Shown here one piece after another: positions 47,600 to 59,600 of a stretch of DNA of 64,000 nt. The DNA is taken from NCBI GenBank assembly GCA_028826165.1, contig JAPDFW010000086.1, forward strand, positions 248,001-312,000, written 5' to 3'. The stretch is from Anaeramoeba ignava BMAN. Its lineage: Eukaryota; Protista; Anaeramoebae. The notes beneath the pieces were generated by a model. The model was given only the letters and a program-made list of their open reading frames with translations, searched no databases and had not been told where the DNA came from. The stretch's first letter is position 1. Each line of letters begins with the position of its first letter. The position numbers and the translations under genes are program-made.

Positions 47600-47858
47600 A
47601 AATCAAAATCAAAATTAAAATTAAAATTAAAATTAAAATTAAAATTAAAAATTAAAATTAAAATCAAAATTAAAATCAATATCAATATAAATATCAATAT
47701 CAATATTAAAATTAAAATTAAAATTAAAATTAAAATTAAAATTAAAATTAAAATTAAAATTAAAATTAAAATTAAAATTAAAATCAAAATTAAAATTAAA
47801 ATTAAAATTAAAATTAAAATTAAAATTAAAATTAAAATTAAAATTAAAATTAAAATTC
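47595..47858. repeat. (AAAATT)n spacer; similar runs at 49745-49880 and 51655-51727
   Basis: Hexamer runs separate the RCC1-BTB copies. Confidence 0.9.
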
Positions 47859-47892
47859 CAAAATCATTTTTTTCATTTTTTACTTTTCAAAA

Positions 47893-49749
47893 ATGAATGA
47901 CTGTTTATTTTTTGGTCAAAATGAAAATCAAAAACTTATCAAAAATGAACCAGAAAGAATAACAAAACCAATTCAATTTAAATTTGAAAATGAAAATGAA
48001 AATGAAAATGAAAATGAAAATGAAAAACAAATTAAACAAATTTCTTCTGGAAGATATTCAACAATTTTCCTTTTTAAAAATGGAAAAGCAATAGAATATT
48101 TAAAAGAAAATGATTCAAATCAAAATCCTTCAAAAACCCAAATTGAAAATATTCAAAAAGTAACTGTTGGTTTTGCAAATGAAGCTATTTTAACAAAAGA
48201 AGGAAATGTATTTGCAAAAGGATATGATATCAATCCAAAAAATCCAAAAGAATTTATCAATATTTCATCATTAATTAAAGATAAAAATGATAGAATAATT
48301 GAAGATATTGTTTCTGGAAGGAATTCAATTTACTTATTAACTTCAAATCAAAATGCTTATGGAATTGGTTCAAATGGTTATGTTCAACTTGGAGTTGATT
48401 CTGAAACACTTGAAAAAACAGAAAAACCAATTTTAATGATGAAAAATATTTCTAAAATATTTTCAGGAAATTATTCAAATCATGTTTTTCTTTTAAATTC
48501 AAATCAAGAATTATTTGGATGCGGTAATAATTCTTATGCTCAACTTGGATTAGGAGAATCAATAAAAGAAGAAATAAATATCCAAAAATTAACCAAATTA
48601 CAAAATATTCCAAAAGGCAAAATAATTGATATTCAATGTGGATATGCTCATTCAATAATGTTGATTGAAAATGAAAATCAAAATCCAAAAAGAAAACTTT
48701 ATTCATGTGGAAGATATTTTTTTAATGGACTTGGAAAAAATGAAGATACAAGAATATTTACTGAAATCAAATCATCTTTATTTGAAAATGATGATATTCT
48801 TGATTTTTCTGTTGGATGCTTTCAGAATTTGATTTTAGCTTCAAATGGGAAATTAATTGGTTTTGGAGGAAATTTCTATGGAGAATTAGGAACTGGAGAT
48901 ACAAAACAACAAAAAATTCTAATTCAAATTGAACTTCCTAAATTAAGATTTAATGAAGATATTTCTAATTATCATATTTCTTGTGGTGCTTCAAAATCAT
49001 TTCTTTATTATTCTCCTCCATCTTTTTCCAATCTTGAAGAAGATTTGATAAAATTATTTAGAAGAAAAGAATTTTGTGATATTTCATTTAAAACAGAAAA
49101 TGGAGAAATAATCAAAGCTCATAAATTAATATTGAAATATAGATTAAATCAAAATCAAAATCAAAATGAAAAACTTCAAGAAATTATTTCAAAAAAATCA
49201 ATTAAAGAATCAAATCAAATATTTGAAATGATTTATTCAAACAGAATAATAAATCCAAAATTATATTCTGAAATTAAAGAAATTATAAATTCAAATGAAA
49301 AAATTGAAGAAACAATGAAAAGAATTTATTTAAATGAAAATGAAAAAGATTTTATAATTGAAAGAAAAGAAAAACAATATAAATTTCCTAAATTAATATT
49401 AATAATGAGAAGTGAATTATATCGAGGAATGTTTTTATCTGTAACAGAAGATAATTCTAATAAAGTTACAGATTATAGTGAATTAAGTAATAAATCATTC
49501 CAAATATTAGAATATTGGATTTATTCAAATCAAATTAAAGAAGAAATTCAAATTACACAAGAAATCATTCAATTTGATGATTTTAATGAATTAAATGAAG
49601 AAAAATTTAAAAGAATAAAATATTCTGAAACTACAAAGAAAATTACACAAGAAATCATTAATGAAATTGAAATTGGAATTGATTATTTTCAATTAAATCA
49701 AACAAATCCAAATTTATTTGATTTATTAATTAACAAATTTAAAAATTAA
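47893..49749 (+). CDS. RCC1-repeat + BTB protein (copy 2)
   Basis: Paralog of copy 1 with a ~28-aa C-terminal insertion bounded by a repeated ITQEII. Confidence 0.9.
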   Translation: MNDCLFFGQNENQKLIKNEPERITKPIQFKFENENENENENENEKQIKQISSGRYSTIFLFKNGKAIEYLKENDSNQNPSKTQIENIQKVTVGFANEAILTKEGNVFAKGYDINPKNPKEFINISSLIKDKNDRIIEDIVSGRNSIYLLTSNQNAYGIGSNGYVQLGVDSETLEKTEKPILMMKNISKIFSGNYSNHVFLLNSNQELFGCGNNSYAQLGLGESIKEEINIQKLTKLQNIPKGKIIDIQCGYAHSIMLIENENQNPKRKLYSCGRYFFNGLGKNEDTRIFTEIKSSLFENDDILDFSVGCFQNLILASNGKLIGFGGNFYGELGTGDTKQQKILIQIELPKLRFNEDISNYHISCGASKSFLYYSPPSFSNLEEDLIKLFRRKEFCDISFKTENGEIIKAHKLILKYRLNQNQNQNEKLQEIISKKSIKESNQIFEMIYSNRIINPKLYSEIKEIINSNEKIEETMKRIYLNENEKDFIIERKEKQYKFPKLILIMRSELYRGMFLSVTEDNSNKVTDYSELSNKSFQILEYWIYSNQIKEEIQITQEIIQFDDFNELNEEKFKRIKYSETTKKITQEIINEIEIGIDYFQLNQTNPNLFDLLINKFKN

Positions 49750-49915
49750 AATTAAAATTAAAATTAAAATTAAAATTAAAATCAAAATCAAAAATTAAAA
49801 TTAAAATTAAAATTAAAATTAAAATTAAAATTAAAATTAAAATTAAAATTAAAATTAAAATTAAAATTAAAATTAAAATCCAAAATTTCATTTTTTCATT
49901 TTTTACTTTTCAAAA

Positions 49916-51661
49916 ATGAATGATTGTTTATTTTTTGGTGAAAATGAAAATCAAAAACTTATCAAAAATGAACCAGTTGAAATAAAAAAACCAATTCAAT
50001 TTAAATTTGAAAATGAAAATGAAAATGAAAATGAAAAACAAATTAAACAAATTTCTTCTGGAAGATATTCAACAATTTTCCTTTTTGAAAATGGAAAAGC
50101 AATAGAATATTTAAATGAAAATGATTCAAATCAAAATCCTTCAAAAATCCAAATTGAAAATATTCAAAAAGTAACTGTTGGTTTTGGAAATGAAGCTATT
50201 TTAACAAAAGAAGGAAATGTATTTGCCAAAGGAAATGATATTAATCCAAAAAATCCAAAAGAATTTATCAATATTTCATCATTAATTGAAGATACAAATG
50301 ATAGAATAATTGAAGATGTTGTTTCTGCTTCTGGTTCAATTTACATATTAACTTCAAATCAAAATGCTTATGGAATTGGTTCAAATGGTTATGCTCAACT
50401 TGGAGTTGATTCTAAAAAACTTCTAAAAACAGAAAAACCAATTTTAATGATGAAAAATGTTTCTAAAATATTTTCAGGAAACTCTTCAAATCATGTTTTT
50501 CTTTTAAATTCAAATCAAGAATTATTTGGATGCGGAAATAATGAATATGATCAACTTGGATTAGGAAAATCAAGAAAATATGAACAAATCAAAAAATTAA
50601 CCAAAATACAAAATATTCCAAAAGGCAAAATAATTGATATTCAATGTGGGTATGCTCATTCAATAATGTTGATTGAAAATGAAAAAAGAAAACTTTATTC
50701 ATGTGGAAGATATTTTTTTAATGGACTTGGAAAAAATGAAGATACAAGAATATTTACTGAAATCAAATCATCTTTATTTGAAAATGATGATATTCGTGAA
50801 ATTTCTGTTGGATGTTTTCAGAATTTGATTTTAACTTCAAATGAGAAATTAATAGTATTTGGTTTAAATAATTATGGTGAATTAGGAACTGAAGATACAG
50901 ACAATCAAAAAATTCCAATTCAACTTGAACTTCCTGAATTAAGATTTAATGAAGATATTTCTAATTATCATCTTTATTGTGGATATTACAACTCATTTCT
51001 TTATTATTCTCCTCCTTCTTTTTCCAATCTTGAAGAAGATTTGATAAAATTATTTAGAAGAAAAGAATTTTGTGATATTTCATTTAAAACAGAAAATGGA
51101 GAAATAATCAAAGCTCATAAATTAATATTGAAATATAGATTAAATCAAAATCAAAATGAAATTGAAAAACTTCAAGAAATTATTTCAAATAAATCAGTTA
51201 AAGAATCAAATCAAATATTTGAAATGATTTATTCAAACAAAATAATAAATCCAAAATTATATTCTGAAATTAAAGAAATTATAAATTCCAATGAAAAAAT
51301 TGAAGAAACAATGAAAAGAATTTATTTAAATGAAAATGAAAATGATTTTATAATTGAAAGAAAAGAAAAACAATATAAATTTCCAAAATTAATATTAATA
51401 ATGAGAAGTGAATTATATCGAGGAATGTTTTTATCTGTAACAAATGATACTTCTAATAAAGTTACAGATTATAGTGAATTAAGTAATAAATCATTTCAAA
51501 TATTTGAATATTGGATTTATTCAAATCAAATTAAAAATGAAATTCAAATTACAAAAGAAATAATTGATGAATTAGAAAGAGGAATTGATTATTTTCAATT
51601 AAATCAAACAAATCCAAATTTATTTGATTTATTAATTAACAAATTTAAAAATCAAAATTAA
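49916..51661 (+). CDS. RCC1-repeat + BTB protein (copy 3)
   Basis: Paralogous 581-aa ORF. Confidence 0.9.
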   Translation: MNDCLFFGENENQKLIKNEPVEIKKPIQFKFENENENENEKQIKQISSGRYSTIFLFENGKAIEYLNENDSNQNPSKIQIENIQKVTVGFGNEAILTKEGNVFAKGNDINPKNPKEFINISSLIEDTNDRIIEDVVSASGSIYILTSNQNAYGIGSNGYAQLGVDSKKLLKTEKPILMMKNVSKIFSGNSSNHVFLLNSNQELFGCGNNEYDQLGLGKSRKYEQIKKLTKIQNIPKGKIIDIQCGYAHSIMLIENEKRKLYSCGRYFFNGLGKNEDTRIFTEIKSSLFENDDIREISVGCFQNLILTSNEKLIVFGLNNYGELGTEDTDNQKIPIQLELPELRFNEDISNYHLYCGYYNSFLYYSPPSFSNLEEDLIKLFRRKEFCDISFKTENGEIIKAHKLILKYRLNQNQNEIEKLQEIISNKSVKESNQIFEMIYSNKIINPKLYSEIKEIINSNEKIEETMKRIYLNENENDFIIERKEKQYKFPKLILIMRSELYRGMFLSVTNDTSNKVTDYSELSNKSFQIFEYWIYSNQIKNEIQITKEIIDELERGIDYFQLNQTNPNLFDLLINKFKNQN

Positions 51662-51755
51662 AATTAAAATTAAAATTAAAATTAAAATTAAAATTAAAAA
51701 TTAAAATTAAAATTAAAATTAAAATTCATTTTTTTCATTTTTTTCATTTTTAAAA

Positions 51756-53552
51756 ATGAATGATTGTTTATTTTTTGGTTCAAATCATTATCCAATTCTT
51801 ATCAAAAATGAACCAGAAAGAATAATAAATCCAATTCAATTTAAATTTGAAAATGAAAATGAAAATGAAAAACAAATTAAACAAATTTCATCAGGAAATT
51901 TTTCAATAATTTTCCTTTTTGAAAATGGAAAAGCAATAGAATATTTAAAAGAAAATGATTCAAATCAAAATCCTCAAAAAATCCAAATTGAAGAAAATAT
52001 TCAAAAAGTAACTGTTTGTCATCAAAATGAAGCTATTTTAACAATAGAAGGAAATGTATTTGCAAAAGGATATGATATTAATCCAAAAAATCCAAATAAA
52101 TTTATCAATATTTCATCATTAATTGAAGATAAAAATGATAGAATAATTGAAGATGTTGTTTCTGGCGCAAATTCGATTTACTTATTAACTTCAAATCAAA
52201 ATGTTTATGGAATTGGTTCAAATGGTTATGGTCAACTTGGTTTTGATTCTGAAACACTTCAAAAAACAGAAAAACCAATTTTAATGATGAAAAATGTTTC
52301 CAAAATATTTTCAGGAGGTTTATCTTATATTGTTTTTCTTTTAAATTCAAATCAAGAATTATTTGGATGTGGTTTGAATAATTATGGTCAACTTGGATTA
52401 GGATATTCAATACATGAAAAAATCCAAAAATTAACCAAAATCCAAAATATTCCAAAAGGCAAAATAATTGATATTCAAGGTGGATTTTGGCATTCAATAA
52501 TGTTGATTGAAAATGAAAAAAGAAAACTTTATTCATGTGGAAACTCAGAATATAATGGGCTTGACTCCGTTCAAAATACTTATGAATTTACTGAAATAAA
52601 ATCATCTTTATTTGAAAATGATGATGATATTCTTGATATTTCTTGTGGAACTAATCATACTTTGATTTTAACTTCAAATGAGAAATTAATAGGATTTGGA
52701 AGTAACGGATATAGCCAAATAGGAACTGGAGATACAAATCATCATCCAATTCCAATTAAAATTGAACTTCCTGAATTAAGATTTAATGAAGATATTTCTA
52801 ATTATCATCTTTCTTGTGGTGCTTTCATTTCATTTCTTTATTATTCTCCTTTTCTTTCTCCTTTTTCCAATCTTGAAGAAGATTTGATAAAACTATTTAG
52901 AAGAAAAGAATTTTGTAATATTTCATTTAAAACCGAAAATGGAGAAATAATCAAAGCTCATAAATTAATATTGAAATATAGATTAAATCAAAATCAAATT
53001 GAAATTGAAAAACTTAAAGAAATTATTTCAAAAAAATCAATTAAAGAATCAAATCAAATATTTGAAATGATTTATTCAAACAGAATAATAAATCCAAAAT
53101 TATATTTAGAAATTAAAGAAATTATAAATTCAAATGAAAAAATTGAAGAAACAATGAAAAGAATTTATTTAAATGAAAATGAAAATGAAAAAGATTTTAT
53201 TATTGAAAGAAAAGAAAAACAATATAAATTTCCAAAATTAATATTAATAATGAGAAGTGAATTATATCGAGGAATGTTTTTATCTGTAACAAATGATACT
53301 TCTAATAAAGTTACAGATTATAGTGAATTAAGTAATAAATCATTCCAAATATTAGAATATTGGATTTATTCAAATCAAATTAAAGAAGGAATTCAAATTA
53401 CACAAGAAATTATTGATGAAATTAAAATTGGAATTGATTATTTTCAATTAAATCAAACAAATCCAAATTTATTTGATTTATTAATTAAAAAATTTAATAA
53501 TCAAAATCAAAATTCAAAACCAAAAACAAAATCAAAATGTTGTATTTTTTGA
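51756..53552 (+). CDS. RCC1-repeat + BTB protein (copy 4) with polybasic + CaaX tail
   Basis: Paralogous 598-aa ORF ending SKPKTKSKCCIF. Confidence 0.9.
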   Translation: MNDCLFFGSNHYPILIKNEPERIINPIQFKFENENENEKQIKQISSGNFSIIFLFENGKAIEYLKENDSNQNPQKIQIEENIQKVTVCHQNEAILTIEGNVFAKGYDINPKNPNKFINISSLIEDKNDRIIEDVVSGANSIYLLTSNQNVYGIGSNGYGQLGFDSETLQKTEKPILMMKNVSKIFSGGLSYIVFLLNSNQELFGCGLNNYGQLGLGYSIHEKIQKLTKIQNIPKGKIIDIQGGFWHSIMLIENEKRKLYSCGNSEYNGLDSVQNTYEFTEIKSSLFENDDDILDISCGTNHTLILTSNEKLIGFGSNGYSQIGTGDTNHHPIPIKIELPELRFNEDISNYHLSCGAFISFLYYSPFLSPFSNLEEDLIKLFRRKEFCNISFKTENGEIIKAHKLILKYRLNQNQIEIEKLKEIISKKSIKESNQIFEMIYSNRIINPKLYLEIKEIINSNEKIEETMKRIYLNENENEKDFIIERKEKQYKFPKLILIMRSELYRGMFLSVTNDTSNKVTDYSELSNKSFQILEYWIYSNQIKEGIQITQEIIDEIKIGIDYFQLNQTNPNLFDLLIKKFNNQNQNSKPKTKSKCCIF

Positions 53553-53648
53553 AAATTTATTTTATTAGAATATTAATTTGAAAAATAATAATAATAATAA
53601 TAAATCATTTGCTTAATAAAATTGTTGTTCCTGAATTCATTCTATTTT

Positions 53649-56600
53649 TCATTTAAGTGTTCTTGATAAATCATTGATGACTAATTTCAAATATGTTCTT
53701 CGGTGTAATTGGTAAAACTCTTCTGCATTTCTTAACTCTTCCAAAACTTGTTTGGTGATTTTTGATTTATCAACTTCATCATGATAAAAGAAATAAATTA
53801 ATTCATTCAAAGCCTCAAATGATTTTCCTGAATAATCATGAACTTGATTTGATGTATCTTGTACATTTAATTGGAACATGGCTTTAAATAAATCGCTTCT
53901 CATAATCAATATCAATTTATGAACGCGGATTATTCTTTGGTCTTCACAAATAATTGTGAAATCTTTGGTTGATTCATCATGATATAATTCTCTCAAATCT
54001 CTTGTCAATCCAAATCTTCCCGATTTTAATTTAATCCAATTTTGATTCAACCCAATTTCCTCAAATACTAATCTTATCGCTTCTTCCTGATTTGATCTCT
54101 TTTCTTCCTCTATTTTGTTGACAACTTTTTCTTGTTCGCTCCTCTCTTTTGTTGAAAAAAGATATCTGATAAAAACATCTTCTTTTTTCTTTGTTCGTGA
54201 AGCTTTGTGGATTTTTTGGAAATACAAAGCGGGATTATGACTTCCAGTGTAAAGAAAATTCACGCACCATTGAACAATTTCTTTGGGTTTTTGCTGGCAA
54301 ACATTGGTGAATTTTTGCAGAAGATCTTTGTCGTTATCGAATCTTGTTAACAAAATGGTTTTGTGAACAGGAATTGGTTCTGCATCTCTGTTTGGTATTT
54401 CGTAATCGGAAAACTCACTCAAATTCATCAACTTACTCATGTCTTGAATAAAAGAATAAATGAAACCAAGAAATTTGGCGGTTTTTTTTTGAATGCGCGA
54501 AGATTTGATATTCAAAAAATTTGCTCCGTTTAATAGCAAAAAATGAATGAGTTGCAAATGCCCTTTTCTAAATGCAAGTGAAATGGGGGTTTGGCCAGAT
54601 TTATCCTCAAGATTAATATCATTTCCTTTTTTGACCAAATAACCGATGATTCTGAAAGAGATCTGCTTGCGTCTCATTGCAAAATGGAGGGATGTTTGAT
54701 TGTCATTTGTAGTTGCGTGAATATCGGCTCCATGATCAACAAGGAATTTGAGAGTATCGAGTGATTTGAATTGGCAAGCCAAATGGAAGGGAGTTTCCAT
54801 ATTAGTGTTTCTTGCATTGCAATCTGCTCCATGTTCAACGAGGGTTTTGAGGATATCAAACGAGTTATATCTTGCCGAATAATGCAAGGAAATATCATTA
54901 TTGCTCAAGACTTCATTCACATTTGCGCCTTTTTCAATAAGTAACTTTACAATATCAAGCGAGTCTCTTTTCAAAGCAATATGCAAAGGAGTTGAACCAC
55001 TCAGTAGTTTATTCACATCATATCCTTTATTGATAAAAAATTTAACAACTTCCACAGTTGATTCCTCTAAAGCATATTCAAAAAAAGAAGTGTTTCGATA
55101 TTCTTCATTGATATCAACACCTTTATCAACGAAAAACTGAAGGATTTCTGCAAAACCACGAGTCACACAAAGATATACTAAAGGAGGCTTTCCTTTGCAT
55201 TTTTTATGAACATCTGCACCTTTTTCGACCATGAACTTGATAATTTCCATTGAGTTACTTTGGCATGCGTGATGCAAAGGCAATACGTCATACATTATTG
55301 GCTCGTTTAAATTGAAGCCATGCTCAAAAAGAAGTTTCACTAATTCAAACGAATCATTCCGCAAAGCAAGATCCATAGGAGAAGAAAAATCTTTCAGTTT
55401 TTGTTTTGGATTCGCGCCGTTTTCAAGGAGATACTTTGCAATCTCAATGGAATTTTTTCTGCACGCAATATGCAGAGGAGTATCCTTGTTATTATTCAGT
55501 ATATTCACATCAGCATGATTCTCAACGAGGATCTTGATAAAATCCATCATTTCCCTTTCACACGAAATATGAAGAGGTGTGTTTCTGTTTGAGTCGATCG
55601 CATTCACATCGGCTTTTCTTTCTACTAAAAAATCCAAAATTTCCCTTGATTGATGGACATTACAGACAGTGTGCAAAATTGAAGACAGTTTATTCCCCTT
55701 TGTTTTATTAATATCCACATATCTCTCGATTAATCTCACAATCGATAATGAAGCTTCAATTTCACAGGCAAAAAAAAAAATTGATTTGAGATGAGATTGA
55801 CTTGTTTTTGGGTATTTTTGGATCAGATACTGAACCAATTTGATTGAATTTTGAGCGATTGCAAGATGCAAAGGTGTTGATTCCTTTTCTCTCGAGTTTG
55901 CCTCAAGATCAGCACCATTAGTCAAAAGAAATTGAGCAATATCAAGAGAGTTTGGCTGTTTGCAGACAAGATGCAACGGGGTTAGTCCCATGAAATCTCT
56001 TGCGCAGACATCGAGTCTTTTGTCTACGAGAAATTTCACAGTTTGCAAATTGGTTGATTCTAAACAAGCATAATGCAAACAAGTTCTGTTCTGATTTGTT
56101 GTGATTGCGAAGAGATCTGCGCCGTTTTGAATAAGATATTTTGCCATATCAAGTGATTGGTTTGCGAAACAAAGATGCAATGGTGTTTCGCCGATGAAAT
56201 TATAAACATTCACTTCTGCTCCGTGACTAATCAAGTTCCGAATCACTTGGATCTCATTCTGTTGGCAGGCCAAATGCAAAGGTGTCTCATTTTGGTTATT
56301 TTTCGCATTCACTTCAACCCCTTTTCGGATCATTAAACCTGTCACTTTTTTCCTTTCATTTCCTTCTAAATGGAGAATAGCATAATGAAGTGGAGTTGAA
56401 TTTTTATTATCATTTGCTCCAATTCTCACTCCTTTATCTATTATATACAAAATCACTTCTATTTTCACATGATTTAATATTGCTGTATGAAGTGCATTTC
56501 TTTGCATTTTATCAGTTTCATTCAAATCTGCTCCATGTTCTACTAAAAATTTAATTGTTTCCAAAGAACATTGTTCTTCAATGGCATAAATTATCATTGG

Positions 56601-56693
56601 TTTTTGGTTCGATCTTTGTTCATTAAAACTTTTCACATTCATTGAACTAAGTTCTTTGGTATTATTTGTTTTGATTGCTTCCCAAATATCCAT
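53649..56693 (-). CDS. Large ankyrin-repeat (about 20 repeats) + tandem BTB protein
   Basis: Many TPLHxAC/GADVN repeats, then SDYEI..PVHKTILLTRF and KDFTIIC..RVHKLILIMRSDLFKAMF. Same architecture and MDIWE start as 14901-16424. Confidence 0.92.
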   Translation of the reverse strand: MDIWEAIKTNNTKELSSMNVKSFNEQRSNQKPMIIYAIEEQCSLETIKFLVEHGADLNETDKMQRNALHTAILNHVKIEVILYIIDKGVRIGANDNKNSTPLHYAILHLEGNERKKVTGLMIRKGVEVNAKNNQNETPLHLACQQNEIQVIRNLISHGAEVNVYNFIGETPLHLCFANQSLDMAKYLIQNGADLFAITTNQNRTCLHYACLESTNLQTVKFLVDKRLDVCARDFMGLTPLHLVCKQPNSLDIAQFLLTNGADLEANSREKESTPLHLAIAQNSIKLVQYLIQKYPKTSQSHLKSIFFFACEIEASLSIVRLIERYVDINKTKGNKLSSILHTVCNVHQSREILDFLVERKADVNAIDSNRNTPLHISCEREMMDFIKILVENHADVNILNNNKDTPLHIACRKNSIEIAKYLLENGANPKQKLKDFSSPMDLALRNDSFELVKLLFEHGFNLNEPIMYDVLPLHHACQSNSMEIIKFMVEKGADVHKKCKGKPPLVYLCVTRGFAEILQFFVDKGVDINEEYRNTSFFEYALEESTVEVVKFFINKGYDVNKLLSGSTPLHIALKRDSLDIVKLLIEKGANVNEVLSNNDISLHYSARYNSFDILKTLVEHGADCNARNTNMETPFHLACQFKSLDTLKFLVDHGADIHATTNDNQTSLHFAMRRKQISFRIIGYLVKKGNDINLEDKSGQTPISLAFRKGHLQLIHFLLLNGANFLNIKSSRIQKKTAKFLGFIYSFIQDMSKLMNLSEFSDYEIPNRDAEPIPVHKTILLTRFDNDKDLLQKFTNVCQQKPKEIVQWCVNFLYTGSHNPALYFQKIHKASRTKKKEDVFIRYLFSTKERSEQEKVVNKIEEEKRSNQEEAIRLVFEEIGLNQNWIKLKSGRFGLTRDLRELYHDESTKDFTIICEDQRIIRVHKLILIMRSDLFKAMFQLNVQDTSNQVHDYSGKSFEALNELIYFFYHDEVDKSKITKQVLEELRNAEEFYQLHRRTYLKLVINDLSRTLK

Positions 56694-56852
56694 TTAATTT
56701 TAATTTTAATTTTAATTTTAATTTTATTTATTTTTCTTTTGATAAACTTTTCAAAAAAAAAATGAAAATGAGAATTTCAAAATTTTATTTTTTTCCTCAA
56801 TTAATTATTAATTATTAATTTAAATTAAATTTAAATTAAAACAAATTAAAAA

Positions 56853-58895
56853 ATGATTCCTAAACCAAGTGCAATTTCATTAAAAATTTTTGAAGAAATG
56901 ACTAAAATTCCAATTACTATAAATCAACAAAAAGATGTTTTATTCCAAGATCTTTCTTTACATTCTTTAGAATCAAACTCTGAATTTTCTTTTGATTTGA
57001 ATTATTTTGAAGAACTTCCTGATGAACGTAAAAAGCAAATCAAATCAAAAAAAAAAAAAGCAAAATAATTCATTTCTTTATTTTTTCTCCATTTAGTTTT
57101 ATTATTAATTTTTTCTAAAATTCGAAAACCTTGTTATCTTGGTATTTGTTCTTGTGTAAATCATCAATTTTATCGTGTTTCTAATGACTGGACAATTTGG
57201 AAACAAGTTTTAAAAGATTATCAAGATTCATTAGATTTTCAAACTGTTCAACAAAATAAATACAATTCTACCATATCAGCATATGGTATTCAAAATCTAA
57301 ATCTTTAATGAAATATAAATATAAATATAAATCTAAATCTAAATCTAAATATAAATATAAATATAAATCTAAATATAAATCTAAATATAAATATAAATCT
57401 AAATTTAAATATAAATATAAATATAAATCTAAATATAAATCTAAATATAAATATAAATCTAAATATAAATATAAATATAAATATAAATATAAATCTAAAT
57501 CTAAATATAAATATAAATCTAAATCTAAATATAAATATAAATATAAATATAAATATAAATATAAATATAAATATAAATATATAAATATATAAATATAAAT
57601 ATAAAATAAATAAATATAAATCTAAAAATATAAATATAAATATAAAATATAAATTAAAATGAAATGAATCTAAATAAATATAAATAAATATAAATCTTTA
57701 ATGAAATATAAATATAAATATAAATCTAAATATAAATATAAATCTAAATATAAATATAAATATAAATATAAATATAAATATAAATATTTAAAATAAATTT
57801 AAATATAAATATAAATCTAAATTTAAAATTCAAAAAGGTCAAATTGGATTGAGAGATTATTTTGCAAACAAATCATCAATCAATCAAGATTTTAATGAAA
57901 GTGATGATTCTGATCAAAATCTTATTGATCATACAGAACTTAAAATAAAAAAAATGGAAGAAAAATTTGCGAAAGAAATCAATACAAATCCAAAACAAAT
58001 ATTTGTTCAAAAAATCAATGAATTAAGAAAAGCAATCCAAATGGGAAATGAAAGAAAAAAAAGAGAATCTATTGCAAAAATTTATATGAATATTAATGAT
58101 GTTTTATTACATCCTTTATTTTTGATTCTGAGCTTTTTTATATTTCTTGTTTTGACTCCACTTCTAGCAGCTTTAAAACTTGAAAACAAAATCAAGAAAA
58201 GTTGGTTTTTAGTTTTGATTCCAACTTTTGTATCTTTAGTTTATTCTTCTGTTTCTGGATTTTGCTTGAAAGAAGAAAGTTATTTAGATTTTATTACAGA
58301 ATATTATTTAGGTTTTGGAATGTTATTTTCTCCACCTTTCATTTTGGTTTTTATTGTTCTCGTTGTTTTAAAGTTTGAATATTTTGATTCAATTTTGATG
58401 GTTTATTCTTTGATTCCTTTATTGTTTCTTGTTGTTTTTTTGGCTTATCCAAGTCTCAAGAATTTTTATGCTAAAAGTGATACTCAATTCAAATCTTCTT
58501 TTTATGAAGATCAATTGTTTTTTTTTGGATTTCCTGTTTCTGGAATTGTTCTTTTTATTGCAATGATTTTTTTTTCTATTGGGATTGATTTCAAAAAATC
58601 TGATAATGGATTAATTATTGCTGGATTTGCTATTTTAATGGGTTTTGGTTTATATGGTTTAATTGGGATGATTTTTGGCATTTTTTCTAAGAAAAGCAAC
58701 ATTTCAAAAACTTTTTATGTGATTTGTATTTTTGAATTTTTGTTTGCTTGTGTTTTTATTGCTTCTGAAGTGATGCTTATGTTGAATTTGGTTTTTAATT
58801 TTTCTATTTCTTATTTTTTTGTTTTTATTCCTTTTTTTATTGTTTTTGGTTTCACAACATTGTTTTTGTTAGGGTTTTGGTGGAAAAATTTTTAA
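56853..58895 (+). CDS. F-box + multipass transmembrane protein (TMEM185-like membrane region)
   Basis: Exons 56853-57027, 57097-57285 and 57838-58895 join in frame via GT-AG introns. The splice creates FEELPDELLLLIFSKI...VNHQFYRVSND..IWK (F-box pattern). About 8 hydrophobic segments with recurring W/F.VLIP motifs. Confidence 0.8.
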
Positions 58896-58919
58896 AACCA
58901 AATTAAAATTCAATCAAAT

Positions 58920-59600
58920 TTAATTTAAAATTAATTTAAAATAAAATAAATAAAAAGTGGAATTAATTTATAAAATATATTTTAAAATAAAAATATAAAT
59001 AAATTATTAATTAATTATTATTTAAAATATTGAAATAAATTTAATCAAAATTAATTTAAAATAAAAAGTGGAATAAAATAAATAAAAAGTGGAATTAATT
59101 TATAAATTATATTTTAAAATAAAAATATAAATAAATTATTAATTAATTATTATTTAAAATATTGAAATAAATTTAATCAAAATTAATTTAAAATTAATTT
59201 AAAATTAATTTAAAATAAAATAAATAAAAAGTGGAATTAATTTATAAAAATATATTTTAAAATAAAAATATAAATAAATTATTAATTAATTATTATTTAA
59301 AAATTGAAATAAATTTAATTAATTTATATTTTAAAATAAAAAGTGGAATAAATTAAATAAAAAGTGGAATTAATTTATAAATTATATTTTAAAATAAAAA
59401 TATAAATAAAAATTATTAATTTTAATTATTATTTAAAATAAAAATATGAAATAAATTATTAATTAATTAAAATAAATTTAAAATAAAAAGTGGAATAAAT
59501 TAAATAAAAAGTGGAATTAATTTATAAAATATATTTTAAAATAAAAATATAAATAAATTATTAATTAATTATTATTTAAAATATTGAAATAAATTTAATT
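58920..59600. repeat. ~135-bp minisatellite containing AAAAAGTGGAA
   Basis: About 5 visible tandem units. Confidence 0.8.
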
